Assembly (NCBI GenBank): GCA_012728875.1
Contig: JAAYEF010000027.1
Coordinates: 16,546 to 80,545, forward strand
Reading direction: 5' to 3'
Source of the DNA: Candidatus Cloacimonadota bacterium
Lineage (GTDB): Bacteria > Cloacimonadota > Cloacimonadia > Cloacimonadales > Cloacimonadaceae
DNA length: 64,000 bases
The notes below the pieces were generated by a model. That model ran no database searches, had not been told where the DNA came from, and was given only the letters and a program-made list of their open reading frames with translations. Both the position numbers and the translations under genes were made by a program. Shown here piece after piece: positions 10,148 to 19,314 of this stretch. Position 1 is the first letter of the stretch. The number at the start of each line of letters is the position of its first letter.

Positions 10148-11047
10148 GTGAAAAAGTTTTATCCGAATTTGAGAAGCACGCAGTTCAAGGTGGGCGTTTT
10201 CACAGTGCTCACGATTGCCATTTTGATCGGCGCATATTTGTGGCTGAGCGGCAGGCTTGGCACGGGTTCGCAAAAAGAACTGCGCGTGAGCTTTGAAGAC
10301 GTGATGGGCTTGGAAGTGGGCGATCAGGTGAACTTTCGCGGCATGGAAGTGGGCAGGGTAAAAAAGATACAGGCGCGCGAAAACGATATTTTGGTGTTCA
10401 CGCGCATCGGCAGCGACATCATTCTGCGCGAAGGGGCAAGGTTTTTCATTTCGGACCGCAGCCTGATGGGCGGAAAGGGCATGCATATCTCCCAGGGAGA
10501 GGGAGCGCCGCTGGATTTGAAGCAAATTCAAAAGGGCGACACCTCGCTGGGGATCATGAGCGCCATGAACCAGGCCGGTTCTGCCATGGACCGGCTCAAC
10601 CTGTTTTTTGAGACGCTGCGTGAGGACGAGGGAATTTTGCATAAATCTGCCGAGTTGATCGACAATGCGGGCAAAGCCGCCGGCTCCATCGACGGACTTG
10701 CCGCCAACGCCAAAAACGATCTGAGGCACACTTTGGGCGAAATTGAAACTTTGGCGGGCGAAATCCGCAGCGTGCTGAAAAGCAGTTCCAGCAGGCTGGA
10801 TCCCGCTTTGGAACAGGCTCCGGCGGTGATGGCGGATGTGAGCTCGGCCTTGGACAGCCTCAAGACCCTTTCCCGCAAGCTGGAACAAACCGCGGATGCG
10901 CTGAATTCGGATGAAAGCAGCGCCGGGTTGCTGCTGCGCGACAAAGGCCTTTACACTCAATTGCAAAACTCTGTGGCGCAGCTTGATTCCCTGGCTCGCG
11001 ACCTGCGCGCCAATCCCAAAAAATATCTCAAGTTCAGCATTTTCTGA
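10148..11047 (+). CDS. MlaD/MCE-domain protein
   Basis: N-terminal TM (VGVFTVLTIAILIGAYLWL) followed by an MCE core (VSFEDVMGLEVGDQVNFRGMEVGRVKKI) and a long helical tail. GTG at 10148 is preceded by GAGGGGGAG; the ORF track starts at TTG 10133. Confidence 0.75.
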   Translation: MKKFYPNLRSTQFKVGVFTVLTIAILIGAYLWLSGRLGTGSQKELRVSFEDVMGLEVGDQVNFRGMEVGRVKKIQARENDILVFTRIGSDIILREGARFFISDRSLMGGKGMHISQGEGAPLDLKQIQKGDTSLGIMSAMNQAGSAMDRLNLFFETLREDEGILHKSAELIDNAGKAAGSIDGLAANAKNDLRHTLGEIETLAGEIRSVLKSSSSRLDPALEQAPAVMADVSSALDSLKTLSRKLEQTADALNSDESSAGLLLRDKGLYTQLQNSVAQLDSLARDLRANPKKYLKFSIF

Positions 11048-11061
11048 GCTATTGGAAGCAA

Positions 11062-14000
11062 ATGAAATCAAAATATATCGCCCTTATCCTGCTGCTGTTA
11101 TATACAGTTGGCGCCTTTGCCTACTATTTTGGCCAAAACAAGGTCAACGTTGGAAACGAAAAATGGTCTGTGCTCGAAACCATGCACTTCGATATCTACT
11201 ATCCCAAGGGCGAGGACGAGTTTGGCCGCCTGGCAGCGCTGATGGCGGAGGAAACCTACTATACGCTGAAGGAACAATTCAGCTTTCCCGTGGGTTCGCG
11301 CATTCCCATCATGTTTTACGGCAGCAAAAGCACATTCCAAAGCACAAATATCATCTATCCCCTGCTCACCGAAGGAATTGGCGGCTTCACCGAAAGCCTG
11401 AGAAACAGGGTTGCCATCCCCTTTGAGGGCAGCTATTCCGATCTGGAATCGCTTTTGGCGCATGAACTTACCCATGCCTACATCAATGCCTTGGACGACA
11501 GCGTGCAAAGAGCCCTGTCGTCGATGCGTCCGCGCTCCTTTCCATTCTGGTTTTCGGAAGGTTTGCCGGAGTTTCTTTCCCTGGGCGGCGAGAACGATTA
11601 TAACAACATGTTCATCTTGGACATGGTGGTGAACGACAAGCTGGTGGGGCTGGAAAATATTGGCGGCTACTATGCCTACCGCATGGGCGAAAGCTTTTTG
11701 GCGTTCATCGCCCAGCATTATGGTCGCGAAAAAGTATCGGAATTTTACTATGCCCTGCGTTCCATGAGCAGCATGGATATCGCTTCCCAAAAGGTTTTTG
11801 GCTTGGAATTCAAGGAACTTGAAAGCCGCTGGCGCTATCAGCTCAAGCGCGATTTTTGGCCACTGGTGGAAGCGCAGATCATCCCCGCTGAAGGCATGGA
11901 AAAACGCAGCGACAGCAAAAAGGACGGCTCCTATCTCAATCTGGTGCCGCGCTTCAGCCCCGATGGCAGCCGCTATGTATATTTCAGCAATTCGAACGCG
12001 CGTCACAGCATTTGGATGGGCACCCTGCACGGTTTGAGCGAACCCAAACGCATTTTGAAAGGCGAAGCCAGCGCCAAAACCGAGGAATTTCACTATTTCC
12101 GTGCCAATTTGAGCTGGTTCCCGGATGGAAAAAGGGTCGCCTTTGCGGCAAAAACCGCATCCGGAGACCGCATCCACGTCTTGGATGTGGACAGAAAAAA
12201 GATCGTGCGCAGCATTGCCCCCACGGGCATGAGCGCGATTTATGAACTGGATCTTTCCCCGGATGGCGAAAGCTTGGTTTTTGCAGGACAGCAGGGCATG
12301 CGCTGCGACCTCTTTTTGCTGGATCTTGCCACCGAGGAAATCACGCAGCTTACGGATGATCTTTACAACGACCTGCAGCCGCGTTTCAGTTCGGATGGAA
12401 AGAGGATCATCTTTGCCTCCGAACGCAGCCGGGATCTGCAAAGCACGCGCCGCGGAATGTTTGCCGACCTGGTGACGGATATTTTCAGCCTTGAGCTTGA
12501 AACTGGCGAACTGACACGGCTCACCCACGAAAAGCAAGACTGCGCCTATCCTCAGCTTGACGAAAAGGGTGAAACCCTGTATTATGTGACCTACGAAGGC
12601 GGCGTGAGCAATCTCTTTGCGCTGGACCTTGTGCAGGGTGGCAAAGCCAGGGTCACAAACGTTTTGAGTGGAGTTTACAGTGCGGACGTTGCCCCGGATG
12701 GCAGAAGTCTGGTGGCGGCGAACTTCTTTGACGGCTCCTGGGATATCTATTACAAGGATCTGAACCCCGCTGCCTTTGAATATGTGGATCACCCCAGCCC
12801 CGTGCTGGTTGACACAAGCGACAAGCTTTTGGAAAATATAGACTTTGGCGATCTGGACTATTTTGGCAAACGCAGCCGGCAGCGTCCGAAAAGGGTGAAC
12901 CCCGCCAGCAGCCATGCTTTGCGTGATCAGTTTTTGAATCCTCCGCGTCCGTTTGAATATGCGCCGGAAGATTCGCTGCAGTTGATGCTGGATTTCAGCT
13001 ATGACAATCGGCCCACCCAAAAGACCGAACCTCCACAGGTTAAGCCTTACCGTGCGCGGTTTTCGCTGGATTCGCTTTGGGGCGGGCTGGCATATTCGCC
13101 GGCGGTGGGAACCATTGGCGCTGTGGAACTTAGCATGAGCGACATGATGGGACACCACGGCATCGGCATCAACGCCGGAGTGGCTGGAAAGCTGGATGAA
13201 TCGAATCTGAGTCTCAGCTATCTGTATCTGAAACAGCGGATGGACTATGGCATTGGCGCCTTCAATCTGAACGATGAGTTTTATTTCCTGGGTCCCAGCT
13301 CTCAGGGAGAAAGCTGGTATCGCTATCACGAGCGGCGTTCCGGGCTCTACTTTTTGATGCGCTATCCCTTCAGCCGGTTTTTCAGAGCCGAATTTGACAA
13401 CATGTTTTACCAGCGAAAGGGCAGCCTCCACGCTTTGGGGGACAGCCTGGACCTCCTGCAGGGTCAGGACAAGGCCTGGGTCTATGCACCCGGTTTCAAG
13501 CTGGTGCACGACAACGCTCTGTATGGTTCCACCGGTCCTCTTTTGGGCTGGCGCGCCATGTATGACCTGAGTCTCAGCCTCAGCAACGGCAGCGTGGACT
13601 ACGTCACAAACTATCTGGATTGGCGCAGCTACACGCTTTTCAACAAACGCTATGCCATTGCCCTGCGGGGAATTGCGGGCATCAGCGAAGGTAAGAGCCC
13701 CCAGCGTTTTTCCCTGGGAGGCTACAATGGCATCCGCGCCCTGAGCGAAAACATCAGCGGCAACAAAAAAGCCGTGGCAGCAGCGGAATTCCGCTTTCCG
13801 TTTTTTGAATATATCAGCATGGCTTTTCCGCTTCCCATCACGATTCCAAACATCCGGGGAAGCATGTTTGCCGAGCTTGGCACGGTTTTTGACGATTTTA
13901 AGAGCTTCCAGCCTATTGAAGGAAGCCGCCTTAAGGACCTGAAATTGGGATACGGATTTGGTCCCAGGCTGGATCTGGGCTATTTTGTGCTCAGTTTCGA

Positions 14001-14073
14001 TGTCACTTGGCTCACCGATCTGGAAACCCGTTCCAAGCCGACTTTTTACATCGGTTTGAGTGAAGATTTTTAA
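11062..14073 (+). CDS. Outer-membrane fusion protein: HExxH (peptidase-MA-like) domain + TolB-like beta-propeller + Omp85/surface-antigen beta-barrel
   Basis: Signal peptide. LAHELTHAY HExxH motif. Repeated (S/F)PDG(K/S)R/xxxF(A/S) blades (FSPDGSRYVYFS, FPDGKRVAFAA, LSPDGESLVFAG, FSSDGKRIIFAS, VAPDGRSLVAAN). C-terminal FSLGGYNGIRAL...AAAEFRFPF...GYGFGPRLDLGYFVLSFDV, ending in Phe. Confidence 0.75.
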   Translation: MKSKYIALILLLLYTVGAFAYYFGQNKVNVGNEKWSVLETMHFDIYYPKGEDEFGRLAALMAEETYYTLKEQFSFPVGSRIPIMFYGSKSTFQSTNIIYPLLTEGIGGFTESLRNRVAIPFEGSYSDLESLLAHELTHAYINALDDSVQRALSSMRPRSFPFWFSEGLPEFLSLGGENDYNNMFILDMVVNDKLVGLENIGGYYAYRMGESFLAFIAQHYGREKVSEFYYALRSMSSMDIASQKVFGLEFKELESRWRYQLKRDFWPLVEAQIIPAEGMEKRSDSKKDGSYLNLVPRFSPDGSRYVYFSNSNARHSIWMGTLHGLSEPKRILKGEASAKTEEFHYFRANLSWFPDGKRVAFAAKTASGDRIHVLDVDRKKIVRSIAPTGMSAIYELDLSPDGESLVFAGQQGMRCDLFLLDLATEEITQLTDDLYNDLQPRFSSDGKRIIFASERSRDLQSTRRGMFADLVTDIFSLELETGELTRLTHEKQDCAYPQLDEKGETLYYVTYEGGVSNLFALDLVQGGKARVTNVLSGVYSADVAPDGRSLVAANFFDGSWDIYYKDLNPAAFEYVDHPSPVLVDTSDKLLENIDFGDLDYFGKRSRQRPKRVNPASSHALRDQFLNPPRPFEYAPEDSLQLMLDFSYDNRPTQKTEPPQVKPYRARFSLDSLWGGLAYSPAVGTIGAVELSMSDMMGHHGIGINAGVAGKLDESNLSLSYLYLKQRMDYGIGAFNLNDEFYFLGPSSQGESWYRYHERRSGLYFLMRYPFSRFFRAEFDNMFYQRKGSLHALGDSLDLLQGQDKAWVYAPGFKLVHDNALYGSTGPLLGWRAMYDLSLSLSNGSVDYVTNYLDWRSYTLFNKRYAIALRGIAGISEGKSPQRFSLGGYNGIRALSENISGNKKAVAAAEFRFPFFEYISMAFPLPITIPNIRGSMFAELGTVFDDFKSFQPIEGSRLKDLKLGYGFGPRLDLGYFVLSFDVTWLTDLETRSKPTFYIGLSEDF

Positions 14074-14102
14074 GATAATAAAAAATAAATGAGGAAACAC
14101 AA

Positions 14103-15590
14103 ATGAAGATCGATTTGATGCGTAAACCCGTGGAATATATGGAAACCATCATCATCATGATGGGCGAAAACGGCGACGTTGACGCCCTGGAACACCTTCC
14201 CAAATATGTGCGCGATGCTGTGGTAGCCACAGTGAAGGAAGAAGAATTCAAATATGAATTTGCCGCAGTGAAAAGCTTTTCCATTTTGCATGCCAAAAAG
14301 CGCAGCAAGGTGGTTTTGTGCGGTGTGGGAAACCCGGATGAATTCAACGTCGGCAAGTTTCGCGATTCTCTGGCTGTGGCAGTTCGCACCGCCCTGAGCG
14401 CAGAGGCAAAGGAAGCCTGGCTTTTCCTGGGCTTTGAAAACTCCCTCAGCGAAGTGAGCCTTGGGCACACTCTGGCTGAGACGGCGCTGCTGGTTGCCTA
14501 TAAATTCGACAAATATCTGGAACACAAAAAGAATCACAAGCTGGAGGCGATCCATCTGGCGATGATTCCAAAGCTGGCACGCAACCTGAACCGCGGCATC
14601 CTGGAAGGCAGGATCTATGCCGAAGCCACAAATATGGCGCGAGACCTGGTGAACGAGCCGGCAAACGTGATCTACCCCGAAACCCTGGCGGAATTTGCCA
14701 AAAAAGCCGCCCTGAAATACGGATTTTCCATCGAAGTCTTCAATCAGGACAAGATCAAAAGGTTGAAAATGGATGCCTTCCTCTCCGTTGCCAAAGGTTC
14801 GGAAAAGGAAGCCAAGCTCATTTTGATGCACTACAATGGCAATTCCGACCCCAAGGCCCAGACCATCGCCCTGGTTGGAAAGGGTTTGACCTATGACAGC
14901 GGAGGCTATTGCATCAAGACCGCACAGGGAATGTTGACCATGAAAAGCGACATGGCTGGAGCCGCGGCTGTGATTGGAACCATGTCTGCCATCAGCACTC
15001 TGAAGCTGAAAGTGAACGTGGTGGGCGTTGTGGCCGCCTGTGAAAACATGATTTCCGGCGAAGCCTACCACAACGGCGACATCCTGCGCAGCATGTCTGG
15101 CAAAACCATTGAAGTGATCAACACCGACGCCGAAGGACGCCTCACCCTGGTGGACGCAATCCACTATGCCACCAGCCGCCTGAAAGTGCACAAAGTGATT
15201 GATATTGCCACTCTCACCGGCGCCGCCGCAGGTGCCTTGGGAAACCAGATCACCGCTGTGATGGGCAACGACACCAAGATGATGACAAAAATGAAGGAAG
15301 CCGCAGACAACACCGGCGAATTGGTGTGGGAACTTCCTCTCCACAAGCCCTATCTGGAAGCATTGCGTTCCGAGATCGCAGACCTGAAAAACGGTGCCCC
15401 GGTGGCTGGAGCCATCACCGCAGGTTTGTTCATCCAGGAATTTGTGGGCTCCAAACCCTGGCTGCATCTGGACATCGCCGGAACTTCCCTGAAAGACAAA
15501 CCCAACGGGGTGAATCCTTTTGGCGCCTCCGGTGTGGGAGTGAGGTTGCTTACCCAGTTCCTGCGCTCCATGGGTGCCAAAAGTGCGTAA
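14103..15590 (+). CDS. pepA: Leucyl aminopeptidase (M17)
   Basis: 495 aa. VGKGLTYDSGG, MKSDMAGAAAV and the NTDAEGRLTLVDA signature motifs are present. Confidence 0.9.
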   Translation: MKIDLMRKPVEYMETIIIMMGENGDVDALEHLPKYVRDAVVATVKEEEFKYEFAAVKSFSILHAKKRSKVVLCGVGNPDEFNVGKFRDSLAVAVRTALSAEAKEAWLFLGFENSLSEVSLGHTLAETALLVAYKFDKYLEHKKNHKLEAIHLAMIPKLARNLNRGILEGRIYAEATNMARDLVNEPANVIYPETLAEFAKKAALKYGFSIEVFNQDKIKRLKMDAFLSVAKGSEKEAKLILMHYNGNSDPKAQTIALVGKGLTYDSGGYCIKTAQGMLTMKSDMAGAAAVIGTMSAISTLKLKVNVVGVVAACENMISGEAYHNGDILRSMSGKTIEVINTDAEGRLTLVDAIHYATSRLKVHKVIDIATLTGAAAGALGNQITAVMGNDTKMMTKMKEAADNTGELVWELPLHKPYLEALRSEIADLKNGAPVAGAITAGLFIQEFVGSKPWLHLDIAGTSLKDKPNGVNPFGASGVGVRLLTQFLRSMGAKSA

Positions 15591-16449
15591 GATACTGCCG
15601 TTTCTGCTGATACTGCTCTTGATTGTGGGCTGTCGTGCCCCGGAAAAAGAGGAAAAGCCAGTGGTGGTGGCATCGATCTACCCCTATGAACTGCTGCTGC
15701 GCGAAATATTGGGACCGGATTTTGAGGTTAAGACCCTGATCCCGCCGAATGCTTCGCCACACAGCTACAGTCCGCGTCCCAAGGAACTTGCCGAACTGCA
15801 TGAAGCCGCCTTTGCGCTTTCCAACGGTTATGGCTTGGAAACAGGGCTGGATCAGGCTTTTGATGCCTTGGGAGAAAAGCATCTGAAGGTTTCCGAGCTT
15901 CTTGGCGAGGAAGCCGCTGGCGCACAAGGCAACCCCCATGTGTGGCTGTCTCCCATTTTGATGCAAAAACTCGTTTTGGAACTGTATCCCAAGCTGCAGG
16001 AGCTTTTTCCCGAGCATCACGACGTGATTGCCAACAATGCTGTGAACCTCGGTGCCACGCTCACGGCGCTGGATTCGCGCATTGAAACCGAACGCGAACG
16101 CATGGAAAAAACCCCGCTCATCACCTTCCACGACAGCTTTCACCATTTCACCAAATTGTATGAAATCGACGACTTGGGCAGCGTGCAAAGCTCTGCTGGG
16201 CATGAACCCAGTCCGGGCGATCTGGCTCGTTTGGGCGCATTGATCAAGGAAAACAGCGTGACAGCCGTGTGTGTGGAACCTCAGATGGACAAAAAATCCG
16301 CACAGGTGCTGGCGAGTGAATTTGATTTGGATGTGGTGGAACTGGATCCCCTGGGAACCAGCCTGGAAGTGAACACTTTGACAGAACTGATCGAAGCAAA
16401 CTGGGAGCGGATGCGCTCCATCTGGACCAAAGCCGCAAACGGTAAATGA
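15574..16449 (+). CDS. Metal (Zn/Mn-type, cluster A-I) ABC transporter substrate-binding lipoprotein
   Basis: Lipobox LLLIVGC. ZnuA/TroA-like pattern (NPHVWLSP, FHDSF). Overlaps the pepA 3' end by 17 nt. An alternative GTG start lies at 15583. Confidence 0.8.
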   Translation: MPKVRKILPFLLILLLIVGCRAPEKEEKPVVVASIYPYELLLREILGPDFEVKTLIPPNASPHSYSPRPKELAELHEAAFALSNGYGLETGLDQAFDALGEKHLKVSELLGEEAAGAQGNPHVWLSPILMQKLVLELYPKLQELFPEHHDVIANNAVNLGATLTALDSRIETERERMEKTPLITFHDSFHHFTKLYEIDDLGSVQSSAGHEPSPGDLARLGALIKENSVTAVCVEPQMDKKSAQVLASEFDLDVVELDPLGTSLEVNTLTELIEANWERMRSIWTKAANGK

Positions 16450-17174
16450 TCAAAATCAGCGGGGTTACGCACAGCTTCGACGGAAACATCGTTTTGGAGG
16501 ATATCGACCTCGAGCTTGCCGAGGGTGAATTTGCCGCCATCATCGGACCCAACGGCGCGGGAAAATCCACCCTCATCAAGCTGATCCTGGGCTTTTTGCC
16601 TTTGCAGAGCGGCAGCATCGAGATCGACGGCGTTCCCCACCACTTGTGGCTGAGGCAAAACCCGATGGGCTATCTGCCTCAGACGGAGGAATTTGACCGC
16701 CGTTTCCCGGCAACGGCTTTGGACCTGGTTTTGTTGGGTTTGGCGGGTGAACTGAGAATCGGCAGGCGCTTTTCCAAAAGCCACAGGCAAAAAGCGTTGG
16801 AAGCGTTGGAAACCACCAAAACGGCGCATCTGGCATCGCAGCAACTGGGTGGGCTTTCCGGCGGCGAATTGCAGCGCGTCTTTTTGGCGCGCGCCATCGT
16901 TTCCGACAGCAAATATCTGATTTTGGACGAGCCCGAAGCCTCGGTGGACCTCCCCGGCGTGCAAAGCTTTTTTGAATTGCTGAAAGAGCTGAACAGCCAA
17001 GGGAAAACCATTGTGACCATCTCCCACGACCTGAATATCCTCACCAGCTATTGCAGCTTTCTCATCTGCCTGAACCGAACTTTGCACTGCCACACGCAAA
17101 CCGAACTGGTGAACGCCGAAATCATCCAAAAAACCTTTGGCGAAACCGTGCGCCTGATCGAAAAGGAATATTGA
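16446..17174 (+). CDS. Metal ABC transporter ATP-binding protein
   Basis: Walker A GPNGAGKST, signature LSGGELQRV, Walker B LILDEP. ATGA overlap with the binding-protein gene. Confidence 0.85.
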   Translation: MIKISGVTHSFDGNIVLEDIDLELAEGEFAAIIGPNGAGKSTLIKLILGFLPLQSGSIEIDGVPHHLWLRQNPMGYLPQTEEFDRRFPATALDLVLLGLAGELRIGRRFSKSHRQKALEALETTKTAHLASQQLGGLSGGELQRVFLARAIVSDSKYLILDEPEASVDLPGVQSFFELLKELNSQGKTIVTISHDLNILTSYCSFLICLNRTLHCHTQTELVNAEIIQKTFGETVRLIEKEY

Positions 17175-17965
17175 TGCTGGGTTTTTTGCTTCATGCTCTG
17201 TTTGCCTCGGTGCTTTCATCGCTTTCGCTGGCTCTGTTTTCGCCGTTTGTAACCCTGCGCAAGGTTTCCTATCTAGGTGAAGCGCTGTCCCACATTGCCT
17301 TTGCCGGCATTGCCCTGGCGCTGCTTTTGGGCTTGCATCTGCAACTGGTGACCCTGATCTTTGTGGTGGGCGTGGCTTTGGCAATCACCTGGCTGTCGCG
17401 CCGGCACCAACTGCAGGAGGCAAATGCCATCACCATTTTCCTGAGCGTGTCCATGGCGCTGGGCATTGTGCTCATCTCCCTGCGGCGCGGCTACACCTTC
17501 GATCTGGCAAATTACCTGTTTGGAAACGTGCTTTTGGCAAGCCCCGGGGAAATCTGGCAACTGGGCATTCTTTCCGCTGTGAATCTTGCCTTCATCATCT
17601 TCTTTTTCAAAGAGCTTTTTTATCTATCTTACAATGCGGATATGGCGGAGTTTTTCCGCCTGCCTGTGCGCGCCGTGGATCGAGCGTTCATCATACTTCT
17701 GGCGGCAAACATCGTCATCACTCTGCGAGCCGCGGGAATAATTTTGGTGAGCGCCCAGCTCATTTTGCCTGCGGCCACAGCCTTCAATTTGGTGCGGAGA
17801 TTGGATCAAGCCGTGGCGGTGAGCGCTTTGGTTGCCATCCTTGCCGCTGTGGGTGGATTTGCCCTGTCCTGGTGGCTGAACCTTCCCACAGGTGCAAACA
17901 TTGTTCTGCTGGAGTTTTTGCTCTATCTGATCAGTCTGGCTTTCAGACCCAAACGCGGAAGCTGA
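17174..17965 (+). CDS. Metal ABC transporter permease (ZnuB/TroC-like)
   Basis: Polytopic membrane protein. ATG at 17174 overlaps the TGA of the ATPase gene. The ORF-track start at 17051 lies inside the ATPase gene and encodes a non-hydrophobic extension. Confidence 0.8.
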   Translation: MLGFLLHALFASVLSSLSLALFSPFVTLRKVSYLGEALSHIAFAGIALALLLGLHLQLVTLIFVVGVALAITWLSRRHQLQEANAITIFLSVSMALGIVLISLRRGYTFDLANYLFGNVLLASPGEIWQLGILSAVNLAFIIFFFKELFYLSYNADMAEFFRLPVRAVDRAFIILLAANIVITLRAAGIILVSAQLILPAATAFNLVRRLDQAVAVSALVAILAAVGGFALSWWLNLPTGANIVLLEFLLYLISLAFRPKRGS

Positions 17966-17996
17966 GACCCCTGGCAAATTATTGAACGGATACGAT

Positions 17997-18878
17997 TTAA
18001 GACTTTAGTTCTGCGGAAATAAAGGGCACCAAGTATTCAGGCTGATATGAAAGCTTGGCCTGCCGCAAGCCTTTCAATCCAATATCCTGCTCGCGGTTTA
18101 TCCATTTAAAGCGGCTTTGCAGCACTTTTGCGGTTTCCCAATTGATGATTTGCGCGCTGCCCTTCATGTCCGGATCAAATTTTTCAAAGTGCACCGCGGC
18201 GGTATCGGAGTTCAGAGGTGAAAACACCGAATAGGCGGAAATCTTGTTGTGGTGGCAGATGATGATGCCTTCTGCGGGAATTTCATCCCACATTTCCAGG
18301 CTGTTTCGGATGGCCTGCATTTCGGTATCCAGATAGCTTCCCTCAGCGCCGCGTTCGAACCGCCATTTTTCCGTAAAACGCAGTAAAACAGGGTGTTTAT
18401 CCTTGGTGAGCGGCAAAACATGATAGTCCGGATAGGAACGCCGGAATTGGGAAATCAGGTTTTTCTTTTTCGCCAGTTTTTTGCCGGTGAGGGTCACCAT
18501 GAGCTCTGCGGAATAGATGTAGTCCGCCCAGTCCCGTTCCTCACACAGGTCGAAAAATTCCTCCAGATCCGGGTTCGAACTCTGCCAATCCTCCGGCAGA
18601 AACACCATTTTTGCCCTTGGGTCAATTTCCCGGAAGAGTTCGATCAATTCACGCAGTTCCTCGGATTTCAAACCGGGTCCCACTGGGAAAAACACATTGG
18701 CATACATTTGGTTGAAGATCACAAAGTGTTCTTTCCAGATGGTGTAGTGGTTGTTATAGATTTTTCCCCAGGTCATCAGGTTAAAAATCGCATAATCGCA
18801 GGCTTGACGGGGATAAGGATCCAAAAAGCGTCTTAAAATGGGGGTTTCGGCTGGGGTCAGTGGTTTGAGTTCAAGCAT
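17997..18878 (-). CDS. Stand-alone DUF2156 / LPG_synthase_C-like (MprF C-terminal, double-GNAT fold) protein
   Basis: 293 aa, soluble. ADYIYSAELMVTLTGKKLAKKKNLISQF and INREQDIGLKGLRQAKLSYQP match the conserved DYxY...GKK..KKRN and NxEED.G..GLRxAKxSYxP blocks of this family, as I remember them. Confidence 0.7.
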   Translation of the reverse strand: MLELKPLTPAETPILRRFLDPYPRQACDYAIFNLMTWGKIYNNHYTIWKEHFVIFNQMYANVFFPVGPGLKSEELRELIELFREIDPRAKMVFLPEDWQSSNPDLEEFFDLCEERDWADYIYSAELMVTLTGKKLAKKKNLISQFRRSYPDYHVLPLTKDKHPVLLRFTEKWRFERGAEGSYLDTEMQAIRNSLEMWDEIPAEGIIICHHNKISAYSVFSPLNSDTAAVHFEKFDPDMKGSAQIINWETAKVLQSRFKWINREQDIGLKGLRQAKLSYQPEYLVPFISAELKS

Positions 18879-18882
18879 TTAC

Positions 18883-19314
18883 TTACTTTTCCTTGGGCAT
18901 ATCCAAAAGCATGGGGGTGTAATTTTTCATCTGCGAAAAGCCCAGTTTGACGTAAAACTCCTCCTGTCCCGGTTCCGAGATGAGCCCTATCCATTGAATC
19001 TTGTGTGTGTGGAGGTGTTCCATGAGCTTTTTCATGATTTTGGCGCCGATGCCCTGTCCGCGGAAGTCACTGTGCACCACCACATCCTGGATGTAGGCAT
19101 CGCTGAAGCCGTCGCTGATGCAGCGTCCCATGCCGATGATCCGCTCTCCCTGTTTGGCAATCGCAAAGCAAAAGCTGTTTGCCACAATGCCCTTCACGGT
19201 TTCCAGATCCTGGGGGTTTTCATCCTTTTGCCACCAGCCCTGATGACGATACAGCTCCAAAATCTGCCCGGCATCAGCCTCTTTCACAATGCTGATCTCA
19301 ATTTCCTTTGACAT
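18883..19314 (-). CDS. GNAT-family N-acetyltransferase
   Basis: 143 aa. Acetyl-CoA binding motif VVHSDFRGQGIGAKIM. Confidence 0.8.
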   Translation of the reverse strand: MSKEIEISIVKEADAGQILELYRHQGWWQKDENPQDLETVKGIVANSFCFAIAKQGERIIGMGRCISDGFSDAYIQDVVVHSDFRGQGIGAKIMKKLMEHLHTHKIQWIGLISEPGQEEFYVKLGFSQMKNYTPMLLDMPKEK

